64,000 nucleotides of DNA from Eledone cirrhosa (lineage: Eukaryota), in the NCBI GenBank assembly GCA_964016885.1, contig OZ024743.1:189720001-189784000 (forward strand), in the 5' to 3' direction. The position numbers and the translations under genes are program-made. A model generated the notes under the pieces. It was not told the DNA's origin, did no database searches, and was given only the letters and a program-made list of their open reading frames with translations. Positions 51,261-64,000 of the stretch are shown here, in pieces. The first letter of the stretch is position 1; the number at the start of each line of letters is the position of its first letter.

Positions 51261-53227
51261 TCATCATCATCATCATCATCGTTTAACGTCCATATTCCAC
51301 GCTTGCATGAGTTTGAACGGGAGTTTTCCCACTTGAGGCAAGAGTGGTTGTCTTGCTCGCATAGGACTGTCTGGCGGGTTTTCTACGGCTGGATGCCCTT
51401 CCTAACACCAACCACATTTACAGTGTGGAACTGGGAGGTTTTTACTGTGTTACCTACACGGCCACATTACAGCGTGGACTGTGTGTTTTTCGTCGTGACA
51501 CCTACACGACCTCATTTGTTTCGGGCTGGATGTTGTGGTACCAACATAACTTTACATTGAAAGGAGTGGTGTGGATGGGGTGGGGGTGTATTTTGTTAGA
51601 GGTGCCTACTGAATGTAGTAGGTTTCACTTTGTACTTAGGTAAGGCGGGTCTTCTCTATTACTGTGTAGCGCCAAAGATCTCGGTCCAGTGATATTGTCT
51701 TGGAGAGGTGTAAGTGTGTGAGGTCGGAATTTATCAAGTCGTCCCAGGTTTTTCTGGGCCTGCCTACTCCGTGGCTACCGTCTATTTTTATTGCCCTGCA
51801 CTTTTTTTTATACAGCTGTCGTCTCTCATGCGCATCACGTGACCATACAAACGTAGCCTTCTCTCGAGTAAACAACATCTGATCCCTCTTAATTCTAATT
51901 TTTCCTTAGTTCGTTTATGCTTTGCCGTTCACGTATATTACTATTACACATCCAGCGGAGCATGCAAGCTTCGTTCCTCTCTAGTCTGCGTATATGCTCT
52001 GCACACAATGCCCAGGTCTCACTGCCATGCAGCATTGCTGTTCGTATGCAGGCATCATACAGCCTGCCTTTCATTTTTAGGGAGAACCCTTTAGCGGCTA
52101 ATAGTGGTATAAGCTCTCTGAACTTTTTCCATCCAGTTCTGACTGTAGTTACTGTACTTTCAGAGCACCCTCCCCCACTGCTGATTTTGTCACCCAGGTA
52201 ACGGAAGTTGTCCACTATTTCTATAGAACCATCTATGCAATGGAATGAGCTAGTATTCTGTGGGCACTTGCTGCTACTTATTGCACTCGAGCACCGGCCA
52301 CATATAAAATCTATGTTCTTAGTTAGATTACCTGTGATCCCACTACATCTTTTATGCACCCATACTTTGCATTTGGGACATAAAATGGAGTTTCTACCTA
52401 CTCCTTTCCTACACACTGAGCATGGCCATTTCCCGGATGGGACCGGCGCCCTATTTTCCTTCCTACAAACTAGAACTTTAGTCTTAGACAGGTTAATTTT
52501 AAGGCCGTTTGATTCTAGACCATGCTTCCATGTTTGGAATTTCTTCTCTAGTTCGGCCATTGATTCAACTATGAGCGTTAAATCATCTGCGTATAGGAGT
52601 TCCCACGGGCAGCCGGTCTTGAACTCCACTGTTATAGCCTGAATGGCGATAATAAATAGTAGGGGGTTAAGAAGGAGCTCTGATGAACACCAACTTTTAC
52701 GCTAAACTCTTCACTATATTCGTTGTTTATTCTAACCTTGCTGGCTGTTTCTTTACACATGGCTTGTATAGTTCTCACAAGCTATTCATCAACACCTAGT
52801 TTTCTAAGAGCCCACCAGATAATGGAACGGGGGTGACTGTCAAAGGCTTTCTCCAAGTCAACAAAAGCTAAGTATAGGGATTTACTTTTAGCTAGGTACT
52901 GCTCCTGTAGTTGTCGTACAATGAAAAGAGCGTCTGTGTTACTTTTGCCTGACACAAACCCGAACTGCATTTCATCTAGATCAATTCTCTCTCTGATGAG
53001 TTGCGCTATTACTTTTTCTGTGACCTTCATGATCTGGTCGATTAATTTAATGCCTCTATAGTTACTCCTATCTAGGGCATCACCTTTATCCTTGTATCAG
53101 TTAATGATGATGCTGCTACGCCAGTCCTTCGGAACAAACCCATTCTGTATGACTTGGTTTACTATCCGAGTGACCATGGTGTGTCCCACCGTTCCAGAAG
53201 CTTTCAGCATTTCAGCAACCATTTCCA
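51261..53227 (-). mobile_element. RTE LINE family 1, 5'-truncated
   Basis: Minus-strand LDEMQFGFVSGK, AFVDLEKAFD, YADD, PHD-like finger, 3' UTR and (ATG)n. Confidence 0.93.
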
Positions 53228-53265
53228 TATATATACATATATATTTATAATCAAATATATATATA

Positions 53266-56200
53266 ATCATCATCATCCTGGTTTAACGTCCACTTTCCAC
53301 GCTAGCATGGGGTAAACGGGAGTTGTCCCACTTGAAGCAAGGTTGGTCGGGTGACCGTGTCTCGCTCATATAGGACTATCTGGCAGGTTTTCTACGGCTG
53401 GATGCCGTTCCTAACACCAACCACATTTACAGTGTGGAACTGGGAACATTTTACCGTGTTACCTACACGGCCACATTGCAGCGTGGACTGTGTGTTTTTT
53501 TCTCGTGACACCTACACGATCTCGATCTCGATCTCATTTATCTCATTTATTTGGACTGGATGTTGTGGTACCAACTTTATAGAGAGAGGGTGGTGTTGGT
53601 GGGAGCGGGACAATAGGGTAGAGGTAGTGGATTGGGATGTATATTTGGTTAAGAGGTGCCTACTGACTGTAGGTTTCACTTTGTACATAGGCAAGGCGGG
53701 TCTTCTGTATTACTGCGTAGCGCCAAAGATCTCGGTCCAGTGACATTGTCTTAGAGAGGTGCAAGTGTGTAAGGTCGGAATTTATCAGATCGTCCCAGGT
53801 TTTACTGGGTCTACCTACTCCGTAACTACCATCAATTTTGATCGCCCTGCACTTTTTTTTATACAGCTGTCGGCTTTCATGCGCATCACGTGGCCATACC
53901 AACGTAGTCTTCTCTCGAGTAAACAGCATCTGGTCCCTCTTATTCCTAATTTCTCACTTATTTCATTTATGGTTTGACGTTCACGTATATTACTATTACA
54001 CATCCAACGGAGCACGCATGCTTTCGTTCCTTTCCAGTCTACGCAGGTCCTCTGCACATAATGCCCATGTCTCACTGCCATGTAGCATTGCTATTCGTAT
54101 ACAAGCATCATACAATCTGCCTTTCATTTTTAGAGAGAAAACTTTTGTGGCCAACAGCGGTATAAGCTCTCTGAACTTTTTCAATCCCTTTCTGACTCTG
54201 GCTACTGTACTTTCAGAACACCCTTCACCACTGCTGATTTCGTCACCCATGTAACGGAAAGTGTCTACTATTTCTATAATACCATCTGGGCAATGTAATG
54301 AGCTAGTATTCTCTGGGCACTTGCTGCTACTTATTGCACCAGAGCACCGGCCACATATAAAATCTATATTCTTAGTTAGCTTACCTGTGATCCCACTACA
54401 TCTTTTATGTACCCATACTTTGCATTTGGGACATCAAATTGAATTTCTGCTTACTCCTTTCCTACACACTGAGCAAGGCCATTTCCCTGAGGGTACCTGT
54501 GCCTTATTTTCCTTTCTACAAACTAGGAATTTAGACAAGTTAACTTTAAGGCGTTTTTATTCTAGGCCATGCTTCCATGTTTGGAATTTCTTTTCTAGTT
54601 CAGCCATTGTTTCAGCTATGAGCGTTAGATCATCTGCGTATAGGAGTTCCCATGGGCAGCCGGTCTTGAACTCCTCTGTTATAGCCTGAAGGGCAATAAT
54701 AAATAGGAGGGGGCTAAGTACAGAGCCTTAGTGAACACCAACTTTTACACTAAATTCTTCACAATATTCATTGTTAATTCTAACCTTACTGATTGTTTCA
54801 TTATACATAGCTTGTATAGCTCTCACAAGCCATTCATCTACACCTAGTTTCCTAAGAGCCCACCAGATAATGGAGCGGGGGACTCTGTCAAAGGCTTTTT
54901 CCAGGTCTACAAAAGCTAAGTAGAGGGGTTTATTTTTAGCTAGGTACTTCTCTTGTAATTGCATTTCATCTAGATCTTGTAATTGCATTTCATCTAGATC
55001 AATTCGCTCTCTGATTAGTTGCGCTATAACTCTTTCTGTGACCTTCATGACCTGGTCAACTAACTTAATGCCTCTATAGTTTCCTCTATCTAGAGCATCT
55101 CCTTTACCCTTGTAGCAGTTAATGTTGTTGCTGCTACGCCAGTCTTTTGGTATGACCCCATTCTGTATTACTTTGTTAACTATACGGGTGACCATAGTGT
55201 GTCCCACCATTCCAGATGCCTTCAACATCTCAGCAACTATCTCCGAAGGCCCAGCTGCTTTGCCTGTCTTCATATCTTTGATTGCCTTACTTTTTATACT
55301 ACTTTTAATTTGCACCGCTGGTCCTTCTATTGGATCGATTTGGGGCAGACTATCTTTTTCCCACTTATTCTCCTCATTTAATAGTCTCTCGTAGTGACAC
55401 TTCCAGGCTATCTTCTTATCAGCATCAGTGAGGGCAAGTACACCGTTATCATTACGGACACACTTCTCCCCAACAATATCACGGTTTTCCTTGACACATT
55501 GTCTAGCAATCCTGAACACCTCGCGTATTTGGTCCTCGCGTTGTAGAACATGGTTGAACTTTCTATCCTCTGCTTCCCTTTTTGCAAGGTACACTTGTCT
55601 CCTAGCTTTTCTCCTGGCCACTTGATACTGCTCTCTACTTCCCCCATCCTGCCATACTTTCCAAGCCTACTTTTTGGCCTTGATTGTCTCTTCTACCTTT
55701 CTGTTTCACCACCAAGTTACTCTCCTCCTGCCAATAGGTCTGCTCCAGCTACAGATTTCATCCGTTGCTTTCAGCATGTTCACTTTCAAGAATTGCCACT
55801 GTTCCTCTATATCGCACGTCTCTAATTGCTCTTCCTTATTGTCAAATGTATAACAAGGTACTGGTATGTATGACTATAACAAAACACTAGGTTGTGTATA
55901 TAACGTTTAATTAACAAGTTGAGGTTATGTAGAACAGTATAGTTGACATGTCAATGAGTAATAGATGAAAGAATGAAGTAAAGTTATTTGTTACCGTTTT
56001 GAAGTTAGCTCGCAAGAGGCCATGTTAGGCTTGCCAGACGAACGCGCCTGGCCGAAGGGCCAGGCAGGTTAGAAGGCCAGGAGCCGAAAGGCAAATGAGA
56101 GATAGAGAGCTGAAAGTTATTCCCTTTATAGGTCCTGGGACGGAAGTGACAAAAAGGGCTCTGCCACCCCAACGGGAAGCAACTCCAGCTACTTTCTGTT

Positions 56201-57345
56201 TAGAGAGCGTTACTCTATTGGTGATGTGATCGTCACAACAATAGAGGCAACTCTTGCTACAAAGGCATCAAGTAATAAGCTTTTAAATTTGTCACTGGCT
56301 ACGGGGTCCTTCAACTTCCATATTCTTCTCCTCAAGGTAGGCCGCCTCTGTCGTCGAGTATGTCTATTTCTGACTGTGAGGTCACTAACTACTAGGCTAT
56401 GTTGGGAGGTGCAGTCTTCACGGGGAGGGATTTAGTGTTTACAACAGACACTTTGTCCCGTCTTCTAGTAAGGATATAATCTATCTGGCTGGCGTGTTCC
56501 TCTGATATATAGGTGATCAAGTGGTTTTCACGTTTTTTGAAGTTTGTGTTACAGATAGTCAGGTTATTGGCGTCACAGAATTCCAGGATTCTGAAGCCTT
56601 CTTCATTTCTATTTCCAACCCCATAGACTCCATGGATTCCATCATAGCCATCACTATGTTGTCCAACGTGGCCGTTTAGATCGCCAGCAATAATTAGGTA
56701 GTCCCTGTCGGTTATTTGGGAGGTAGTGTGCATTAGCGTCTCATAGAACCTGTCCTTTATAACGGCAAGTAGACCAGATTGGGGTGCATAAGCGGATATT
56801 ATTGTCACAGTAGTTTTATTTAGAACTAGCCTTATTTTAATTATTCTGTCATTCACTCTATTTACGTCAATTACCTTATCTACCCATTTTTCAGCTAACA
56901 TAATTCCTACTCCACCCAGTCCGTTGTCGTTTCCCACCCAGAAAAGTTTATAGCATCGTTTTTTACCCACGATGAATCTGGCAGATCCCCCCCCCCCACA
57001 CCACTTTCCACCTAGTCTCTTGAATACAACAAACATCAACTTCTTTACGTTCAAGCATCTCTACAACCTCATTTCAGCGACCTTTCAATGTGCCTACGTT
57101 CATGGTACCAACTCTGAAGTTGGGAGGGTGGGATGGATGGGATGGAGGGGCAGGGGGTGGGGGTGTAGGAGACGGAATTTTGTTGGTCATCCGTGTCTGA
57201 AATAAAGAGAGGCCTTGCAGCGGGAGGTGACATTGTCATTGAGTGCTTAGACTTTTCAAATTTCCACAGTCAACCCATCAAACCGGTCTAAACTTAAGGA
57301 GTAGTAACCGAGGTGGTAGCTTTGCTATACTGATTTGTTAGAGAA
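53266..57345 (-). mobile_element. Near full-length RTE LINE family 1 (APE endonuclease + RT), decayed and interrupted by a solo LTR
   Basis: RVGTMNVGTL, SAYAPQ, IAGDLNGHVG, SQIDYIL (APE); KAAGP, YRGIKL, YADD (RT); 3' UTR and tail. Confidence 0.93.
55847..56261 (-). mobile_element. Solo LTR related to the 8357-8729 LTR, inserted in the RTE
   Basis: Shares aacagtatagttgacatgtcaatga, gttaccgttttga, the gcctggc..gccaggc hairpin and gtcacaacaa..gaggca..tgctaca. It interrupts the RTE codons LLDAF/DNKEE. Confidence 0.85.
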
Positions 57346-57496
57346 CTTACTAAAGCCGCTGAGTTCTGATTGGACCATATAGCAATGGTGGTAAGTGGGG
57401 GGGGGGGGGGGGTAACTTTAGGAGAAGGTTAGTTTTTAGGAAGGGTCCAACAGCCAACAGATTGAGACATATTAAAAAAACATGTAAATATCTATA

Positions 57497-57547
<51 letters not shown>

Positions 57548-57548
<1 letters not shown>

Positions 57549-57900
57549 AAGGCGCATGGCTTAGTAATTAGAGCATTAGGCTTGCAATCGAAAGGTTGTG
57601 AGTTTAATTCTCGGACCGGGTGATGTGTTGTTTCCTTGAGCAAGACACTTTATTTCAGTTTACTCAGCTGTAGAAATGAGATGATAGGACTGGGGTTCCT
57701 ATCATTCCACTGTAAAGTGGTCGTGGAGGTGCTACGGCAAAAAAGCACCCAGTCCACACTGTAAAGTGTACGTATAGGTGCCACGGAAAAAAAGCATCCA
57801 GTATTCACTGTACATCCAGCTGTAGAAATCAATCCAGAATCAGTTACCATATGAGCAAGACAAGGTCAGCCGACTGGACACTGCCCATAACAGGACAACC
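57548..57900 (+). mobile_element. SINE family B
   Basis: ggcgcatggcttagtaattagagc, ccttgagcaagacact and the subrepeats. Confidence 0.85.
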
Positions 57901-57939
57901 CGAATGTTATTATTAATATTCGAAAAACTCAGATTACAT

Positions 57940-57983
<44 letters not shown>

Positions 57984-58114
57984 AGGTACTATATATATAT
58001 CTCAAGGAAATAAATAAAATGCAATAAAATAAGTAAAATGTTTCATTGAGATATGGAAATTCCAGTAGAATTTTTCTAGTCTATCTCAGTTAGACTTCGC
58101 TTCTGTTTACTTAG

Positions 58115-58296
58115 GGGAAATTAAAAGAAAATAGTTATGAATTCGAAACCGAAATTGACAGTAAGCCGAATGGACAGAGCAACTGTCAAGACTCTGTGAA
58201 CAAACAAGACGTCTATAATGTTTCAACAGATTCTAAGAACAATACTATGAATGCAACCAATCTCTTGAGAAATTGTTCCTGCTTTGAAATGAAATG
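58115..58296 (+). CDS. Possible host exon (unknown product)
   Basis: Acceptor-like ttcgcttctgtttacttAG, then 71 open codons (GKLKENSYEFETEIDSKPNG...) in non-repetitive DNA, and a weak donor at 58297. No homology recognised. Confidence 0.3.
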
Positions 58297-58525
58297 GTTA
58301 ATAACTAACATCATATATATTTGTTGTTGATGCTGAGATTTTTTTCTTGATGTTATTATGTTATTATTGTTAGTCTTAGTGCTATGCTATGTACACTCTC
58401 ATTCTCATGGTACAATTTACAAAACGTTACACTAAAATACCACAAAAAGTGAATACACAAATAAATCATTCAGCATAGTGGTATATATATGATATCTACT
58501 ATTCAACTCTCTGTTCTCTTTGCAC

Positions 58526-58633
<108 letters not shown>

Positions 58634-59793
58634 GAATAACCTAACTATCTGTAACACAAGCTTCAAAAAATGAGACAATCACTTGATCACCTATAGATCA
58701 GGGGAACACGCCAGCCAGATAGATTATATCCTTACTAGAAGACGTGACAAAGTGTCTGTTGTAAACACTAAATACCTCCCCCGTGAAGAATGCACCTCCC
58801 AACATAGCCTAGTAGTTAGTGACCTCATAGTCAGGAATAGATATACTCGATGAGAGAGGAGGACTACCATGAGGAGAAGAATATGGAAGTTGAAGGAGAC
58901 CACAGCCAGTGACAAATTTAAAAGCTTATTACTTGATGCCTTTTACAATAAGGAAGAGCAATTAGAGACATGCAATATAGAGGAACAGTGGCAATTCTTG
59001 AAAGTTAACCTGCTGAAGGTGAGGGATGAAATATGTGGCTGGAGCAGACCTATTGGCAGGAGGAGAGTAACTTGGTGGTGGAACAGTAAGGTGGAGAGGT
59101 CAATCAAGGCCAAAAAGTAGGCTTGGAAAGTATGGCAGGATGGGGGAAGTAGAGAGCAGTATCAAGTGAGCAGGAGAGAAGCTAGGAGACAAGTGTACTT
59201 TTTAAAAAAGGAAGTAGAGGATAGAAAGTTCAAGCATGTTCTACAATGTGAGGACCAGAAACGTGAGGTGTTCAAGATTGCTAGACAATGTGTCAAGGAA
59301 AACCGTGATATTGTCGGGGAGAAGTGTGTCCATAATGATAATGGTGTACTTTCCCTCACTTATACTGATAAGAAGGTAGCTTGTAAGTGTCACTATGAGA
59401 GACTACTAAATGAGGAGAATAAATGGAAAAAAAGATAGTCTTCCCCAAATCGATCCAATAGAAGGATAGCGGTGCAAGTTAAAAGTAGTATAAAAAGTAA
59501 GGCAATCAAAGATATGAAGACAGGCAAGGCAGCTGGGCCTTCGGAGATAGTTGCTGAGATGTTGAAAGCATCTGGAATGGTGGGACATACTATGGTCACC
59601 CGGATAGTAATACAGAATGGGGTCGTACCGAAAGACTGGCGTAGCAGCATCATCATTAATTGCTACAAGGGTAAACTATAGAGGCATTAAGTTAGTTGAC
59701 CAGGTCATGAAGGTCACAGAAAGAGTTATAGCGCAACTAATCAGAGAGCGAATTGATCTAGATGAAATGCAGTTTGGGTTCGTTTCAGGTAAA
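58634..59793 (+). mobile_element. RTE LINE internal fragment (end of APE to start of RT)
   Basis: SQIDYILTRR, VTWWWN, DIVGEKCV, KAAGP, YRGIKL, MQFGFVSGK, then an abrupt switch to PLE sequence. Confidence 0.9.
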
Positions 59794-60805
59794 ATTCTTT
59801 GAAATTCTACATAAACATTTTCCACCAAACCACAGATACCACCAAATATTTAACAAATATACTGTTAAATTCTCATACTCTACATCAAACAATCTCCAGC
59901 AAAAAATAAGCAACTACAACATTTATAAACTTAAAGATAATATGACTACAGCACCACAACATAATTTAAATAGGACTGCACCTTTTAAAAAGACAAATAA
60001 TACAATCCTTCAACCTGGAAAACACAACCACCCAAATCACCAACACAAAAACAACAGAACACAAAATCACAATACAACCCTAGCACCAAACCACCCACAA
60101 AGCAACCTTCATTCTCCTGCTAACATTAATTACAGTAGGAATAGCTCAAGGATTAATGAGAATAGTATAGGCACCCCCAACAACCATCTTACGTATGGCT
60201 GTAATTGCAGAAATAGAAGCATTTGCCCCTTAAATGGCAACTGTTTGATTATCAATGTAATATATAAATGCACTATGTCTACTACAGACTCCAACAAAAC
60301 ATATATAGGATCTACATCAAACACATTTAAGGACAGATTTTACGCACATCTAGTAGTTTTAACAATACTAAACTAGCTAACACCACATCTTTAGCTGAAG
60401 CAGTAAATAATTACAAAAAGAAAAAAATAGATTTCAAGCTATCGTGGAACACCATTCTAGAAATAACTCCATATCTTGGGAACAGGAGAGAATGCAGATT
60501 ATGTTCGGGGGAGATCTTGGAAATTACTAAATCTAAGGACGATTTATTAAATAAAAGAGAGGAACTGATCATAGTTTGTAATTACCGTATACGAAGAACA
60601 TTTAAATACTATAAACCTAATTAAATATTCTAAATAGCAACTCACTATAATTCTATATAGAGTAACATTTGTTAGTACCCCTCTCCCCTAATTATATGCA
60701 TTCATGCTTATCTTTTACCTTTTAATGTTTAAGCTTCCTTAGGTTTATGCGTTAATGACTAAAGGCAACAAGGTACACAACCACCCGTAATTGCATGAGT
60801 AAATA
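59788..60805 (+). mobile_element. Penelope-like element PLE-6, 5'-truncated (linker + GIY-YIG)
   Basis: KHFPPNHRYHQIFNKYTVKFSYS, CNCRNRSICPLNGNC, VIYKC..TYIG and, after a frameshift, ECRLCSGE..LLNKREEL. Confidence 0.9.
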
Positions 60806-60854
60806 TATATCTATGTATGATATGGGAATATATTTATGTATGTGTATATATGTA

Positions 60855-60910
<56 letters not shown>

Positions 60911-61129
60911 ATATATTTAGAAACACACAGATACATGCGGACACACACATATATACATGAATGCATCCGCACCCAACCGTGAGTTAAGGGTGCCAATGAA
61001 TGACTGGGACAGACCAATTCAGTTGAACCAGACTGAACCAGTATCAGAGTTAAAAATACATTATGAAGAGAGAAGAAACATTTAGATATAATTAGTAATA
61101 AAATGTATCATACCTAAACTGCTCCTAAA

Positions 61130-61219
61130 TTCCTCGACTACGTAGTTTCGTGGCATAAACAAAAACAATATATCAAAGATATAGAGTCCCTGCGAGGTCT
61201 GCCGACTTATCAAGAGGAT
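61130..61219 (-). ncRNA. Hammerhead ribozyme (U3:A8) in the inverted arm
   Basis: Reverse complement of 61888-61975. Confidence 0.85.
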
Positions 61220-61887
61220 ACCTCATTTTACTAGTCTCAAGAACGCGTCTACACGACGTGAGAAAGAATCCCAAAAGGCGGAGGGGGAGATAGTCACGCG
61301 ATATAACGGTCGAGAAACAGAGCTAGGGACTCTATATCTTTGATATATTGTTTTTGTTTATGCCACGAAACTACGTAGTCGAGGAATTTAGGAGCAGTTT
61401 AGGTATGATACATTTTATTACTAATTATATCTAAATGTTTCTTCTCTCTTCATAATGTATTTTTAACTCTGATACTGGTTCAGTCTGGTTCAACTGAATT
61501 GGTCTGTCCCAGTCATTCATTGAGCAACATCGGTGAAGTTGGCACCCTTAACTCACGGTTGGGTGCGGATGCATTCATGTATATATGTGTGTGTCCGCAT
61601 GTATCTGTGTGTTTCTAAATATATTAATAACTCCCTCTGGTCGAGCAATCTTTGAAGTGTGGGGACAACTGGAAAGCTTCCATTACTCATACTTCTCGCC
61701 TTCTTCACTACCTCTTCTACGGCCTCGATATGAATACCCCCTCCGCCTCCGTGGTATTTTCTTCGTGGTTATAAGAGGCTTAGCTCTGTTTCTCGACCGT
61801 TATATCGCGTGACTATCTCCCCCTCCGCCTTTTGGGATTCTTTCTCACGTCGTGTAGACGCGGTCTTGAGACTAGAAAAATGAGGTA

Positions 61888-61975
61888 TCCTCTTGATAAG
61901 TCGGCAGACCTCGCAGGGACTCTATATCTTTGATATATTGTTTTTATTTATGCCACGAAACTACGTAGTCGAGGA
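61888..61975 (+). ncRNA. Hammerhead ribozyme, U3:A8 variant with 57-nt stem II
   Basis: tcctc TTGATAA gt.ggca...atatc tt tgatat...tgcc.ac GAAAC tacgta GTC gagga. Predicted cleavage after 61970. Confidence 0.88.
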
Positions 61976-62477
61976 ATTTAGGAGCAGTTTAGGTATGATA
62001 CATTTTATTACTAATTATATCTAAATGTTTCTTCTCTCTTCATAATGTATTTTTAACTCTGATACTGGTTCAGTCTGGTTCAACTGAATTGGTCTGTCCC
62101 AGTCATTCATTGAGCAACATCGGTGAAGTTGGCACCCTTAACTCACGGTTGGGTGCGGATGCATTCATGTATATATGCGTGTGTCCGCATGTATCTGTGT
62201 GTTTCTAAATATATTAATAACTCCCTCTGGTCGAGCAATCTTTGAAGTGTGGGGACAACTGGAAAGCTTCCATTACTCATACTTCTCGCCTTCTTCACTA
62301 CCTCTTCTACGGCCTCGATATGAATACCCCCTCCGCCTCCGTGGTATTTTCTTCGTGGTTATAAGAGGCTTAGCTCTGTTTCTCGACCGTTATATCGCGT
62401 GACTATCTCCCCCTCCGCCTTTTGGGATTCTTTCTCACGTCGTGTAGACGCGGTCTTGAGACTAGTAAAATGAGGTA

Positions 62478-62565
62478 TCCTCTTGATAAGTCGGCAGACC
62501 TCGCAGGGACTCTATATCTTTGATATATTGTTTTTGTTTATGCCACGAAACTACGTAGTCGAGGA
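62478..62565 (+). ncRNA. Hammerhead ribozyme (second tandem copy)
   Basis: Same as 61888-61975; predicted cleavage after 62560. Confidence 0.88.
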
Positions 62566-62705
62566 ATTTAGGAGCAGTTTAGGTATGATACATTTTATTA
62601 CTAATTATATCTAAATGTTTCTTCTCTCTTCATAATGTATATATATATTTATATATATATATATAAATTTTATCACGTGATAAAATTTGCTTCGGACATA
62701 ACACC

Positions 62706-62796
62706 CGTGTCTGAAAGAACCCGCAGAAGTAGAATCAGCCAGATCCATACAAGGACCATGACTCGAGCTACATGCCGGTGAAACATTTGTAACACG
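62706..62796 (+). ncRNA. Hammerhead ribozyme of an unrelated family with ~61-nt stem II and one extra A in the core
   Basis: cgtgt CTGAAAGA acc.gca..gtag...ctac.tgc.ggt GAAAC attt GTA acacg. Confidence 0.7.
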
Positions 62797-63244
62797 AAAT
62801 AAACTAAGTCCAGATGCATCACTGATTTTTCGTTTTCTTTATAATACATATATATATATATATATTGTTATACTTGGGAAGGGTCATATTTGTGTAATAT
62901 TGCCAGAATTAATATCAGAACACACTCACTGTTTGGTTGGTTTTCGCTTTTCGCTTCTGTGTCTTTTATATCGGTAATCTAATTTATTCGGTCCTCAATG
63001 TTGCCATTGACTGACCAACGGTCAAAAATAATACAGATACAATATCGACACAAACACATATATATAGTTTATCAAAGTTCTTTCGTTGCACATCTGCAAC
63101 ATCGTCAGTGGTGCTATTGTTTCCTCTCGTTACATTGTATCTCTACGCCATCTTTATTTAGTCTGTTTATATATTTAAGTATAACAATATTTGTTTCGAC
63201 ACACGATTTCATATAAAAAACCTCGCAAAACTAATTCATCGCCG

Positions 63245-63354
<110 letters not shown>

Positions 63355-63362
63355 TATATATA

Positions 63363-63603
63363 ATCATCATCATCATCATCTTCGTTTAGCGTCCATCTTC
63401 CACGCAAGCATGGGTTAGACGGCAGTTGTCCCACTTGAGGCAAGGTAGGTCGAGTGACCATGTCTCGCTCATATAGGACTATCTGGCAGATTTTCTACGG
63501 CTGGATGCTCTTCCTAACACCAACCACATTTACAGTGTGGAACTGGCAACTTTTTACCGTGTTACCTACACGGCCACATTACAGCGTGGACTATGTGTTT
63601 TTT
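63363..63603 (-). mobile_element. RTE family 1 3' UTR fragment
   Basis: Matches 53266-53500. Confidence 0.88.
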
Positions 63604-63645
63604 TTATTTCTTTTTTTTTATATGTATAATATATATTTATAATAT

Positions 63646-63677
<32 letters not shown>

Positions 63678-64000
63678 GTATTAATTATACTATTTATGGT
63701 TATGTAAATACAAAAACCTTTTGCAGTTATATGTATTTTTTTATACAAACCTAAATAGTGGTAGGCAGTAATATATTACTAACTTATTACCAGTAAGTTA
63801 AGTAGCTCAATGTAAAAACATGAGATGATTTACAGAGCAGTTATATGAAATATAAGAATCAAAGAACTGTTCAAAACATTTTTGTGCTTACAGCTGTTTC
63901 CTCCAAACCGAGGTTTGGATTCTTCGGAGCAATTTATTAATGAATGGACAGTTATATGACCTCCTTTTCAGCCAAGAGACATACAGATACATATGCAAAT

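Larger units (their letters stand above)
60905..62640 (+). mobile_element. Non-coding 590-bp HHR-bearing tandem repeat (about 2.2 units, 61325-62640) with an inverted partial copy (60905-61325); retrozyme / pLTR array
   Basis: agggactctatatc recurs at 61325, 61915 and 62505 (period 590). The units are nearly identical and the array is flanked by (TA)n. Confidence 0.9.

Noticed and set aside
57240-57360. HDV-like ribozyme at the RTE 5' end
   Set aside because: Could not build the nested double pseudoknot by eye.
61585-61812. 75-aa ORF in the 590-bp unit
   Set aside because: It starts in TA/TG-rich sequence, has no recognisable domain, and the frame is not preserved in the homologue at 46732.
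61735-61835. Twister ribozyme suggested by minus-strand ggcggagggg
   Set aside because: The P4 loop consensus (GUCCCAAGCCC-like) and a UAA-P2 partner were not found.

Overview
AT-rich, microsatellite-dense eukaryotic DNA, inferred from its repeat repertoire to be from an octopus or other cephalopod, and almost entirely transposon-derived. The only well-supported host coding sequence is a terminal exon of a DUF1295/steroid 5-alpha-reductase-like gene (3201-3476). The window holds at least six Penelope-like elements (PLEs) with Naiad-type RT plus C-terminal GIY-YIG, two of them nearly intact. It also holds about ten RTE-clade LINE copies with a PHD-like zinc finger inside the RT, decayed CRE-like and R4/Dong-like LINEs, two tRNA-derived SINE families, two Helitron-like elements, a mariner relic, a piggyBac-like MITE, a non-coding LTR element and a related solo LTR. 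The most striking signal is a set of more than 15 hammerhead-ribozyme (HHR) motifs in PLE-type terminal repeats. Many carry 55-115 nt hairpins in place of the usual short stem II, four distinct HHR sequence types use the compensatory U3:A8 core (TTGANAA), and a non-coding 590-bp HHR-bearing unit occurs as a tandem-plus-inverted array (60905-62640) resembling a retrozyme. All RNA folds were done by eye and element boundaries are approximate.
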